A DNA stretch of 32,000 bases from Haloquadratum walsbyi C23 (GTDB lineage: Archaea > Halobacteriota > Halobacteria > Halobacteriales > Haloferacaceae), in assembly GCF_000237865.1 (NCBI RefSeq), contig NC_017459.1, forward strand, positions 2,610,001-2,642,000. The letters are read 5' to 3'. Below the pieces are notes generated by a model. It did no database searches, was not told where the DNA came from, and was given only the letters and a program-made list of their open reading frames with translations. Shown here piece by piece: positions 17,747 to 26,194 of the stretch. Every line of letters starts with the position of its first letter. The first letter of the stretch is position 1. The translations under genes and the position numbers were made by a program.

Positions 17747-18979
17747 TTAGTATTGATAGGTCGTCGGTCCTGGAATTGTCGTCTGTGTATCCGAGTCTTC
17801 AAGCTTCTCATGAGCATCATCAAAGTCACACCGACGGACCTCAGTACGATCATCACGAATGGCAAACATTCCTGCCTCGGTTGCCAGTGAGGCAAGGTCT
17901 GCCCCAGAATACTCATCGATATCCGACACGAGTTCACCGAAGTCGACATCATCGGCAACATTCATATCACGAGTATGGATTTCAAGAATCTGTTCACGAC
18001 CTTCATGACCTGGTTTTGGCACCTCAATAAGTCTATCAAACCGTCCAGGACGAAGAATCGCCTCATCAAGCATATCGAATCGATTTGTTGCTGCAATGAT
18101 CCGGATCTCTCCTCGCTCATCGAAGCCATCCATCTCCGAGAGCAATTGCATCATCGTTCGTTGAACTTCAGCATCTCCGGATGTTTTTGAGTCTGTTCGT
18201 TTTGAAGCAACAGCATCGATCTCATCAATAAAGATAACTGCGGGCTCACGTTCAGCAGCGAGATCAAAGAGGTCGCGGACAAGACGCGATCCTTCTCCGA
18301 TGAATTTCCGAACTAATTCTGAACCAGCCATCTTGATGAATGTCGCATCTGTTTCATTGGCGACAGCCTTTGCAAGCATTGTCTTTCCAGTTCCCGGCGG
18401 TCCATGCAATAACACGCCCGATGGTGGTTCCACACCGACTTCTTCAAATAATGCAGGATTCGTAAGCGGATCTTCAACTGCTTCACGAACTTCGCGGACC
18501 TGATCGTCTATTCCGCCGATATCTGTATATGTTACTTGTGGTGAGGCGTCAATCTCCATTGCTTGTGCTCGCGCATCAGTCTCATCATCAAGCACTTGTT
18601 GGATTGCGAATGAATCATTAATTGCAACACGGTCACCAGCCTCAAGATCACCATCGAGACGCGATGAAAGTTCTGTGAGTACTTCTTGATTATTTCCATG
18701 TTGCTTAATGACCACCTCACCATTATCAGTGAGCTCTTCAACACTTGCAAGATATAATGAAGACGTTTTAAGCGTCTCATTCCTCCGTTTGAGTTTATCT
18801 ACCTCTGATTGAAGTTCAGACTGTGTCTCAGTTGCGTCAGTCAGTCGCTCATCAAGCTCCTCATTAACTGTAAGAAGCCGCTCGTAATGCTTGCGGATTG
18901 CTGAAAGTCGCTCTGCGTCTGACATCTCGGGGTCAAGGTCTAGACGCGGGCGTTCCGGGAGAGAAGGACTCCGTGACAT
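17747..18979 (-). CDS. pan: Proteasome-activating nucleotidase (PAN)
   Basis: 410 aa. An N-terminal coiled coil is followed by an OB-like segment. Walker A is GPPGTGKT, Walker B is VIFIDEID, and IIAATNRFDMLDEAILRPGRFD is present. Confidence 0.9.
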   Translation of the reverse strand: MSRSPSLPERPRLDLDPEMSDAERLSAIRKHYERLLTVNEELDERLTDATETQSELQSEVDKLKRRNETLKTSSLYLASVEELTDNGEVVIKQHGNNQEVLTELSSRLDGDLEAGDRVAINDSFAIQQVLDDETDARAQAMEIDASPQVTYTDIGGIDDQVREVREAVEDPLTNPALFEEVGVEPPSGVLLHGPPGTGKTMLAKAVANETDATFIKMAGSELVRKFIGEGSRLVRDLFDLAAEREPAVIFIDEIDAVASKRTDSKTSGDAEVQRTMMQLLSEMDGFDERGEIRIIAATNRFDMLDEAILRPGRFDRLIEVPKPGHEGREQILEIHTRDMNVADDVDFGELVSDIDEYSGADLASLATEAGMFAIRDDRTEVRRCDFDDAHEKLEDSDTQTTIPGPTTYQY

Positions 18980-19053
18980 CGGTTAATTTTATTTACAGTC
19001 ACGTATACATGTGCCTTTGGGTAACCGGTATTCGCGGGGATAATAACAAAAAA

Positions 19054-19527
19054 TTACTCATTATCATGGATTCGCTCGCGCTGATAGTTCCCATCGTACA
19101 CCGAATCGTGTGCAGCCTCCGCAAGTACAAACTGTGCAATTCGCGCACCGCGTTCGAGTTCAATTGAACAATGAGCCTGAAGAAGTCCCTCACCACGACC
19201 CTCGTATCCAGCGTCCCAAACAGCGGTGTTGAGCATACACGAGTTTCGAAGTAATGACGAGCGTGGATACACAAAACCGACATGTCCCTCAGGAACCGCA
19301 ATCCGCTCAGCGTATGTTACGATGTACCCGCCTGGATCAAGAGTGAACACATCCTTTGAGGTAGTAAGTGACTCACGCACTCCAATATCTTTATGATCAG
19401 TCCCAATCCGACCCGGAGCTTGCTGTATGAGGATATCGCCGATACGGAGATCAACACCATTTGGCTGCACTTGCTCAGTGTCGGTTGGAGTAACATGTGT
19501 TGCTGTAAACTCACCAGCACGAAACAT
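19054..19527 (-). CDS. dut: dUTP diphosphatase of the dCTP-deaminase/dUTPase superfamily
   Basis: I prefer the ATG at 19525-19527 (MFRAGEFTATH..). Motifs are QPNGVDLRIG and ..GFVYPRSSLLRNSCML..VWDAGYEGRGEG... The length of about 157 aa fits the archaeal dUTPase type. Confidence 0.75.
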   Translation of the reverse strand: MFRAGEFTATHVTPTDTEQVQPNGVDLRIGDILIQQAPGRIGTDHKDIGVRESLTTSKDVFTLDPGGYIVTYAERIAVPEGHVGFVYPRSSLLRNSCMLNTAVWDAGYEGRGEGLLQAHCSIELERGARIAQFVLAEAAHDSVYDGNYQRERIHDNE

Positions 19528-19696
19528 ACAGTTATCATATACAATTAATACATAAGACACTACCTATAAGCGCATTTAGTATATTATACAAAATCAAGGA
19601 GAATACCCGCATCTTTATTCGTCCCTATATTCTGATGTGAGTGAAATCAACGACTTCGGTAACGCAGGGTGAATCATATTGAGCTCAACGGTAGAA

Positions 19697-19873
19697 GGAA
19701 CTCCGAGTGTGATCCCGTCCGGGTAAAAATAGGGGTACCAGCTGTTAGTACAGCCCGGTGTCTCCTTTCATGACCTGTCCGACGGATTTTGATTGAGAGA
19801 ACAAGTGATAGACTGCAGATGTTAATATCCCAACCTTAGGATTCCCCCGCGTTCATGTAGAGGAGAATATCAA
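19697..19873 (+). repeat. Decayed tnpB-3'-end / right-end module of the same IS200/IS605 family
   Basis: CTCCGAGTGT at 19701-10 matches the CCGAGTG motif of the other copies. AATAGGGGTACC at 19728-39 matches ATAGGAGTACC at 27829-39. CCGACGGATTTT matches CCGGACGGATTTT in the 15.7-kb copy. AGGATTCCCCCGCGTTCATGTAGAGGAGAATATCAA at 19838-19873 matches AGGATTCCTCCGCGTTCACGCCAAGGAGGATA..GTCAA. Confidence 0.5.
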
Positions 19874-20057
19874 ATTTGCCATACAAACTGGTCCATTTAA
19901 TTAAATGTGGTTACCCAGTTCTACTGGTTGGAGAGTATGAATACTATTCATAGTTAGTGCAGTACTGCATTTTAATACTTAATATGTGTATGAGAATCAT
20001 ATTTGTGTGGGCAAACACACGGGATTTATACTCATCGGTCGCCGATTATTCGGTGTT

Positions 20058-22034
20058 ATGGGACAAACACTCACTGAAAAGATTCTTGATGATCATCTTG
20101 TCGAAGGGAATCTCGAACCTGGCGAAGAAATCGGAATTGATATTGACCAGGTCCTGACACAAGACACGACTGGTACGATGGTCTGGCTCCAATTTGAGGC
20201 GCTTGATCTTGACGAGATTCAAACAGAACTCGCGGCACAGTATTGTGATCACCAGACTTATCAGTTCGATTTTAAAAATACCGACGATCATCGTTTCCTC
20301 CGCTCAGCAGCAGGAACATACGGTGCATATTTCTCTCGACCAGGGAATGGAATCTGTCATAACGTACATAAAGAAAACTTTGCAGCGCCTGGAAAGACAC
20401 TTCTTGGGTCTGATTCTCACACCCCAACGCCCGGCGGGCTTGGACAACTCGCAATCGGAGCGGGCGGACTCGATATCTCCGTTGCCATGGGTGGTGGAGC
20501 ATATTACGTTGAAATGCCAGAAGTGGTGAATGTTCGTCTTGAGGGTGAACTCCCAGAATGGGCAACAGCAAAAGACGTGATTCTTGAGATGCTTCGTCGA
20601 TTGTCAGTGAAGGGTGGTGTCGGGAAGGTGTTCGAATACACTGGTCCCGGCGTCGAGACGCTGACGGTCCCTGAGCGGACGACAATCACTAATATGGGGA
20701 CTGAACTTGGTGCGACATCGTCCATCTTCCCAACGGATGATCAGACATATGAATACCTCTCACGACAAGGACGCGAGAGTGAATATGTCGAACTTGAGCC
20801 CGATGAAGACGCCGAATACGCTGATGAGGTCGTACTTGATCTCTCAGAGCTTGAGCCACTTATTGCAACACCATCCATGCCGGACAATGTTGTACCCGTC
20901 AGTGAAGTCGCAGGTGAATCTGTTGAGCAAGTCATTGTTGGTTCATGTACAAACGGTGGGTATGGCGATATTCTCCCAGCGGCAAAGATGGTTGAAGATC
21001 GCGAAATCAATATGGGCACTGAGATGATTGTAGCGCCAGGTTCAAAACAGGCATCTGAGCTGCTTGCCCGAGAAGGTTGGACTGCTGAAATGATGGCTGC
21101 TGGCGTCAACTTCTCAGAAGCTACATGCGGTGCCTGCATTGGTATTGGTCATGTACCAGCATCTGATTCCGTCTCACTTCGAACATTTAATCGGAATTTC
21201 GAGGGACGCTCTGGCATTGAAAATGATTCTGTATATCTTTGTTCGCCAGAAGTAGCCGCAGCCGCTGCAATCAAAGGCGAAATTATTGACCCGCGGGACC
21301 TTGCTGAGGAACTTGGTGATCTTGAGCCGCCAGGAATGGAGCTTCCTGACTCCTATGATGGCTCAAAGAGTGATATCATAAACCCAGGTGAAGCCATTGA
21401 TGATGACCTCATCAAGGGTCCGAATATTGGTGATGCGCCAATTGGTGAACCGCTTGGTCCGGATATTGCTGGTGAGACGCTCTTGAAGATGCAAGACAAT
21501 ATCACAACAGACCATATCATCCCGGCAACTTCTGACATTCTCAAATTCCGGTCAAATATTCAAAAACTCTCTGAGTTCACCCTCTCGCGTGTGGATGAAA
21601 CCTTTGCACAGCGTGCGATTGAGGCTGACAGTGGTGTCCTTGTTGCTGGTGAGAACTATGGACAAGGATCCTCACGTGAGCATGCAGCAATGTGTCCACA
21701 ATATCTTGGTATTGAGACCGTCCTTGCACAATCATTCGCACGTATTCACAAAGCAAATCTATTTAATTTTGGGATTCTGCCACTGCAGATTGATACGGAA
21801 ACGTACGAACAGATCAGTCAGGGCGATGATGTTGAAGTTGTCACGAATGTTGCTGAGGCTGTTGACACTGGTGAGACTGAGTTCACAATCCGCATCAATG
21901 ATGAGTGGGAGGCAACTGCGACGCTCAATGCCTCGGAGCGCGAACGCCGCATTCTAAGTGCAGGTGGGAAACTGCGACTTACGAAGGAGCAGTATGAAAA
22001 TAATACCGGTGGTGCTGCGCCTGCAGACGACTAA
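20058..22034 (+). CDS. Aconitate hydratase
   Basis: I prefer the ATG at 20058 (MGQTLTEKILDDHL..), giving about 658 aa. Fe-S ligand and active-site motifs are GSDSHT, IVGSCTNGG and ATCGACIG. The swivel-domain motif NYGQGSSREHAA is present. Confidence 0.9.
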   Translation: MGQTLTEKILDDHLVEGNLEPGEEIGIDIDQVLTQDTTGTMVWLQFEALDLDEIQTELAAQYCDHQTYQFDFKNTDDHRFLRSAAGTYGAYFSRPGNGICHNVHKENFAAPGKTLLGSDSHTPTPGGLGQLAIGAGGLDISVAMGGGAYYVEMPEVVNVRLEGELPEWATAKDVILEMLRRLSVKGGVGKVFEYTGPGVETLTVPERTTITNMGTELGATSSIFPTDDQTYEYLSRQGRESEYVELEPDEDAEYADEVVLDLSELEPLIATPSMPDNVVPVSEVAGESVEQVIVGSCTNGGYGDILPAAKMVEDREINMGTEMIVAPGSKQASELLAREGWTAEMMAAGVNFSEATCGACIGIGHVPASDSVSLRTFNRNFEGRSGIENDSVYLCSPEVAAAAAIKGEIIDPRDLAEELGDLEPPGMELPDSYDGSKSDIINPGEAIDDDLIKGPNIGDAPIGEPLGPDIAGETLLKMQDNITTDHIIPATSDILKFRSNIQKLSEFTLSRVDETFAQRAIEADSGVLVAGENYGQGSSREHAAMCPQYLGIETVLAQSFARIHKANLFNFGILPLQIDTETYEQISQGDDVEVVTNVAEAVDTGETEFTIRINDEWEATATLNASERERRILSAGGKLRLTKEQYENNTGGAAPADD

Positions 22035-22063
22035 AACGAGGCTTACACTGTCATCTGTTCGAT

Positions 22064-22080
22064 AAGCCGGCGGCTTTTTG
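22064..22080 (+). terminator. Possible transcription terminator after the aconitase gene: a short hairpin plus a T5 run
   Basis: AAGCC(22064-68) ggc GGCTT(22072-76) runs into TTTTT (22075-79), about 40 nt after the stop codon. Archaeal termination at oligo-T tracts is established. This site is only a prediction. Confidence 0.3.
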
Positions 22081-22103
22081 TTCTATAGCATTAACATAAT
22101 CAT

Positions 22104-22595
22104 GTGATTGATCCGGTTGACGGGGCCTCTCAGGCTGATGAAATAACTATCCGTGCAGTCGAGCGTGCAGATCTTCTTGAGATACTCCGGATCGAACGTG
22201 CATCCTTTGAGAACCCTTGGCCATATCAGGCATTTACTTCTGCACTTGATGACCCCGTATTCTTGGCTGCAACAGCCACTGAGACAGCAAAAATCCATGG
22301 ATATGTCATTGGCGATATAATGCCAAATCATGGTCGCGACCGTGGGCATATCAAGGATCTTGCTGTTTCTCCATCTGCACGACGAAACGGTATTGGACAA
22401 ACTCTTCTATGGACTGCAATTAGGCAACTTGCGACAACGGGTGCGGTAACAGTGAAATTAGAGGTACGAGCGGGCAATACACCTGCGCAATCACTATATG
22501 AGGCGGTTGGATTTGAGGTCTCACGGCGTGTGCCACGATACTATAATGACGGTGAAGACGCACTGATTCTAGTTCTTGATTTGCAATCTTCATAA
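22104..22595 (+). CDS. rimI: GNAT-family N-acetyltransferase, RimI-like
   Basis: 163 aa with a GTG start. The acetyl-CoA binding motif context is LAVSPSARRNGIGQTLL. The overall layout is RimI-like (..IRAVERADLLEILRIERASFENPW..). Confidence 0.7.
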   Translation: MIDPVDGASQADEITIRAVERADLLEILRIERASFENPWPYQAFTSALDDPVFLAATATETAKIHGYVIGDIMPNHGRDRGHIKDLAVSPSARRNGIGQTLLWTAIRQLATTGAVTVKLEVRAGNTPAQSLYEAVGFEVSRRVPRYYNDGEDALILVLDLQSS

Positions 22596-22684
22596 GTTGA
22601 TCTCCTTCAGACCAGATACCAACCCATAAGAGGCTGTCATTTCCTCATAAGTCCACAGTATCCCAGCGTGGCTTTTTAGCCGCT

Positions 22685-22802
22685 GTTGGAGAGGATCTGA
22701 GACAAATCCTGACGGACTAGACGCCGACCAGGGTTGCCGATTGGGTCACAGGGGCTGCTCCCGGGTCAACTCGTCGTCGGTATACCTGGAGGAGGATGGC
22801 AA
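22685..22802 (+). repeat. Short decayed tnpB-3'-end / right-end module
   Basis: CCTGACGGACT..GGGTTGCCGATTGGGTCACAGG parallels CCGGACGGATT..GTGTTGCGATTCGGTGGGACTGC of the 15.7-kb copy. The hairpin is CCGGGT(22761-66)/ACCTGG(22784-89), followed by AGGAGGATGGCAA ending at 22802. The frame reads ..VVGIPGGGWQ, compared with ..YRGSPAFSGAGGCQ at 27.98 kb. Confidence 0.4.
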
Positions 22803-22930
22803 TCTTCACAATGTGTTGGATTCAACCTCAAAGTCACATACAAACCCTGGAGAATTCTCATTGTATCTATATGCATCTATATATTGGATGCATCCATCAC
22901 AATCAAGCATGCTGGACCCGTTGATATATT

Positions 22931-24040
22931 ATGTCTCAGTCTTCTCAAAATAGTGCTAAGCTAACGGAGGCAACATCAGATGAGATGGAATCATCTTTTA
23001 ATGTCGGTATTATCGGGGCAGGTCCAGCCGGTGCTGGGGCTGCATACGCATTGTGTGACAGTGATGCGACTGTGACGGTGCTTGAAAAAAGCGGTGGTGT
23101 CTGTGGTCGTGCTGCAACGCGTCGAAAGAATGGATGTCGGTATGACCACGGTGCAAACTACATCAAAGATGCCGACCCACGGACAGCTGAATTAATTCCA
23201 ACTCTTGGAACTGAGGAACTTGTTGATATTGATGAACCAGTCTGGACATTCGATGAAACAGGTGAAATCACCGAGGGTGATAGTCGAGACGAGCATAAGT
23301 GGACATGGACTGAAGGAATGACTCAGCTAGCTAAGCGGCTTTTCGCAGAAACTGATGTAAATATCAACCATCGAACACGGGTAGCAGATATATCCCGTGT
23401 TGAGAAAGCATGGACCCTCACCGATACTGATAATGCAGATTATGGTCCTTTCGATGCATTGTTACTGACGCCACCTGCGCCACAAACAGTGACACTACTT
23501 GAGGCAACAGCATGGCAGGATACCCGATTGGAGACGCTTATGTCAGCTGCTGCGGATGTGGAGTACCGCACCATCCGAACAGTTGTGCTTCATTATCCAT
23601 TCATGGAATCATATCCATGGTATGGACTTGTCAATGTTGATAAAGAACACCCGGTCGGGTGGCTTTCGCGGGAAGAATGTAAAGACGGTCATGTGCCTGC
23701 TGGCGAAAGTCTGTTTATAGCACAGATGAGTCCTGAGTGGTCAACAAACCGGTATGATGATCCTGTTGACGTTGCTGGGGCGGACACCGCCTCTCATGTT
23801 GCAGCCTTACTTGATGATGAGCGATATGAGAATCCGGATTGGATTGATGATCAGGGATGGCGATATGCACTTCCAGAAAATGGAATTGATAACCGTGCTG
23901 CCCGAGTCGCAGAAAGTGCTGGTCTATATGTTGCTGGCGATTGGATTGTCGGTGAGGGAAGGGTGAATAAGGCGCTATGGAACGGGTATGACACTGGAAC
24001 ACGAATTGCGAACGCCCTCTCACTCTCACAGCGATCCTAA
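22931..24040 (+). CDS. NAD(P)/FAD-dependent oxidoreductase (amine-oxidase / renalase-like, COG3380-type)
   Basis: 369 aa. The dinucleotide-binding motif is FNVGIIGAGPAGAGAAYAL..VTVLEKSGGVCGR. The internal ATG at 22985 (MESSFNVGIIG..) is an equally plausible start. Confidence 0.75.
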   Translation: MSQSSQNSAKLTEATSDEMESSFNVGIIGAGPAGAGAAYALCDSDATVTVLEKSGGVCGRAATRRKNGCRYDHGANYIKDADPRTAELIPTLGTEELVDIDEPVWTFDETGEITEGDSRDEHKWTWTEGMTQLAKRLFAETDVNINHRTRVADISRVEKAWTLTDTDNADYGPFDALLLTPPAPQTVTLLEATAWQDTRLETLMSAAADVEYRTIRTVVLHYPFMESYPWYGLVNVDKEHPVGWLSREECKDGHVPAGESLFIAQMSPEWSTNRYDDPVDVAGADTASHVAALLDDERYENPDWIDDQGWRYALPENGIDNRAARVAESAGLYVAGDWIVGEGRVNKALWNGYDTGTRIANALSLSQRS

Positions 24041-24104
24041 CGACTATGATAGGATCTCCCAGCTTCCAGAGTACTTTTTATCTCCCTAGCGTATAGAGGC
24101 TCTT

Positions 24105-24881
24105 GTGACGCTCACGGTCACTATTGATCCACATGTCCACTCAGCAGCATCCTATGATGCCGACGATCCGGCTGAGTTACTTCTTGAGCAGGCAGCTGAA
24201 ATTGGGTTAGACGCTATTATCGTGACTGATCATGACGTTCTTCATGAATCATTACGAGCGGCTGATCTCGCTCCACGATATGGACTTATTGGAATCCCTG
24301 GTGTCGAGGTATCGACGGCTGATGGACATTTACTCGCTATTGGTGTTACATCGCTTCCGCCACGTCGAGCCCCAATGACTAAAACCGTGAGTTGGGTCCG
24401 TGATCGCGGCGGCGTTGCAATCGTTCCACATCCATTTCAGCGTAGTCGACACGGAGTTCGCAAGCGCCGCCTTCAACAAGTTGACCCAGATGCGATTGAG
24501 GTGTACAATTCCTGGGTATTTACAGGGCGCAAAAATCGCCGAGCACGTCAGTATGCAGAAGTGAATGGATATCCGGGCGTTGCCGGAAGTGATGCACATA
24601 AAGTTGGATATGTGGGGCGTGCATACACCGAAATTGAGATCCCAGAGATCACTCGATCAACGCTAACTGCGGATGTAATCTTGGATGCAATTCGCGAGGG
24701 GGCAACCCAAGTTGAGGGGCGTCGAACACCAATATCAACGTCAACACGGCATTATCTTAACGCAGGCATACACAAAAGTGGGTTTTATGCAAAACGTGGA
24801 GCACTTCGCGGCGGGGCACTTGCAAAAACCGGTATGATTGGAGCAGGGCGTTTGCTATACTACGTATCACCGTTCTCTTGA
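24105..24881 (+). CDS. PHP-domain metal-dependent phosphoesterase
   Basis: 258 aa with a GTG start. PHP motifs are IDPHVHS, IIVTDHD, GVEVST, VPHPF and GSDAH. Confidence 0.75.
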   Translation: MTLTVTIDPHVHSAASYDADDPAELLLEQAAEIGLDAIIVTDHDVLHESLRAADLAPRYGLIGIPGVEVSTADGHLLAIGVTSLPPRRAPMTKTVSWVRDRGGVAIVPHPFQRSRHGVRKRRLQQVDPDAIEVYNSWVFTGRKNRRARQYAEVNGYPGVAGSDAHKVGYVGRAYTEIEIPEITRSTLTADVILDAIREGATQVEGRRTPISTSTRHYLNAGIHKSGFYAKRGALRGGALAKTGMIGAGRLLYYVSPFS

Positions 24882-25059
24882 TGAACTTTCACAGTTGATT
24901 CGAGATGGATCCCACAGCACAGAAACAACCGAACAGATATCAGTGAATCGTCTCCGCGTATAGTAGTTCACAGAAGAACCAGGTGCTTAACTAAACGTGC
25001 ATCAGTCAGAATAGTTCTCTCGCATCGAATAAGTGAATCAGTTCACCCAGAAGTTTGTT

Positions 25060-25707
25060 GAATCATTATAAGTCCCGAGGCTTTTATTGGTTCCTCAGCC
25101 GTGCGCTAGCACTCCCTGCTCGGCAAGCAACCGGGATGGGGGGGTGGCTTACGCGCTCCAACACAGACAGACACACCGACCGAACCTGTGGCTAGGTTTT
25201 GTGAGTCCGGTAATTCGATTCGTTACCATCGAGTTTCGTCTGGTGTCCTAAGCATCGACACCCGGCTCTGGGCGTACTGGAAGGAGATGTGAATGTGAGG
25301 GAGTCGTTTGGTGAGACTGCCGACCACTTCGGGGACAAGATTCTAGCGTGGGAGATTACAGACGAAGACAACCACGTACACCTGTTCGTCCGGTGCGACC
25401 CAAAACACAGTCCAGCAGATATTACTCGGCAGTTCAACTCGTGCTCGGGTAAGCAGTTGCTGGAGCGGTATCCCGAGGTTCAGGAGGCGTATTTTTAGGG
25501 TGGCGGATTCTGGATGGTTAGCCACTCCGTGGGAACGACAGGTGTGGTGTCGGAGGAAGTGATTAAACGGTATATCGAAGAGACGGAACACGCGCTGTTT
25601 TTCATTTAGCTGAGTACAGGCGCTAAGCCCCCTCCCTCAAGGAGCACCGCAGTCCGCGCGAACGGACACGGAGCACAGTAGGGAGGGGAGGGGATACAGC
25701 GCCGTCA
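25060..25707 (+). mobile_element. IS200-type unit: left end, tnpA pseudogene and right-end hairpin. The left boundary is approximate.
   Basis: The left-end-like sequence lies at 25079-25130 and contains the small hairpin GTGC-gcta-GCAC. The tnpA frame follows. The 9-bp stem CCCCTCCCT(25629-37)/AGGGAGGGG(25680-88) is followed by GATACAGCGCCGTCA (25693-25707). That tail matches GGATACGCGCCGTCA at 27520-27534 and GGATACCGATGTCA at 15852-15865. Confidence 0.7.
25214..25609 (+). pseudogene. tnpA: IS200/IS605 Y1 (HUH) transposase TnpA, inactivated
   Basis: The frame reads ..SSFVWCPKHRHPALGVLEGDVNVRESFGETADHFGDKILAWEITDEDNHVHLFVRCDPKHSPADITRQFNSCSGKQLLERYPEVQEAYF*GGGFWMVSHSVGTTGVVSEEVIKRYIEETEHALFFI*. 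The HUH motif (HVHLF) and the C-terminal Tyr helix (IKRYIE) are recognisable. An in-frame TAG lies at 25496-25498. No start codon exists in frame after the TAA at 25211-25213; a GTG at 25201 is in another frame. Confidence 0.75.
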
Positions 25708-26129
25708 TCATCTGGCTGTACACTGTGCGTCGGCAGACTCACAGACCTATGTAACCACTTATATTGTCGGACGCCGGACAAAAGAGTAAGATGGGCATTC
25801 CGACCTGTCGGCTTCGATTCGCTCGTCGTTCCATTCGGAACGAGTTGCTCCGTGCGAGGCTGACGGACAGGGATCGCGTTTGAACGCGACAAGAAGCGTG
25901 CGTTGTCCCACGGAATCACCCCGTCGAGCAACTAGGAGTGGGACACTCCGAAGAAACGTCCCCAGAAATCTCCGAGTTCTGGTGTGCGAACGAATCGCCC
26001 CGCGATTCGTCAACGCCTGTGGAGACTGCACTTCCTGTGGATACACCTATATCTGCAAAGTACGTCGTAGAAGCAGGAAGCCCCGCCCTCAGCGAGGCCA
26101 TCAGGCCGAGCAGGGCGGGGTAGTTCACA
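25708..26129 (+). mobile_element. Decayed 3' part of an IS1341-type tnpB plus its right-end hairpin
   Basis: It contains the C-terminal TnpB-like frame listed as the next feature. Further upstream, a shifted frame reads ..VAPCEADGQGSRLNATRSV.., which resembles the Zn-finger/RuvC-III region (C..ADRD.NAA.NI). The terminal hairpin is CCCCGCCCT(26081-89)/AGGGCGGGG(26112-20), followed by TAGTTCACA. Confidence 0.6.
25884..26123 (+). pseudogene. tnpB: C-terminal fragment of an IS1341-type TnpB (RNA-guided nuclease family)
   Basis: The start-less frame reads TRQEACVVPRNHPVEQLGVGHSEETSPEISEFWCANESPRDSSTPVETALPVDTPISAKYVVEAGSPALSEAIRPSRAG*. The ..LG.GHSE..TPVETALP..SAK.VVE.GSP.L.. pattern is what I recall for haloarchaeal TnpB C-termini. 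About 80 codons remain of an expected 400 or more. Confidence 0.6.
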
Positions 26130-26194
26130 GCCCGCTCAGGTAAGCGACTTTATTACCTAATTTGATACTGAGAGAACTGTATTATCGTCTGCAG

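Noticed and set aside
19890-19969. Perfect 12-bp palindromes ATTTAATTAAAT (about 19896-19907) and TGCAGTACTGCA (19958-19969) upstream of aconitase as operator sites.
   Set aside because: One 12-bp palindrome is expected by chance at roughly the 10% level in a 500-bp spacer, and more often in AT-rich DNA. Without conservation data this is not evidence for a regulatory site.
22734-22964. 76-aa and 70-aa + strand ORFs in the rimI/flavoprotein spacer as small genes.
   Set aside because: The 22734 frame (..GLLPGQLVVGIPGGGWQS..) is the decayed tnpB C-terminal frame running through the right-end hairpin. The remainder is AT-rich spacer. There is no independent support for a gene.
25496-25498. The in-frame TAG in tnpA as programmed recoding (pyrrolysine or read-through).
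   Set aside because: Nothing in the window suggests Pyl machinery. The gene also lacks a start codon and has an N-terminal frame problem. The sister copy at 201-370 is independently frameshifted. Simple decay is the economical explanation.
25623-26128. Minus-strand ORFs 25623..25931, 25759..26046 and 25916..26128 inside the IS block.
   Set aside because: They are Arg/Ser/Pro-rich shadows of the GC-richer tnpB remnant. The + strand carries the recognisable TnpB C-terminal pattern.
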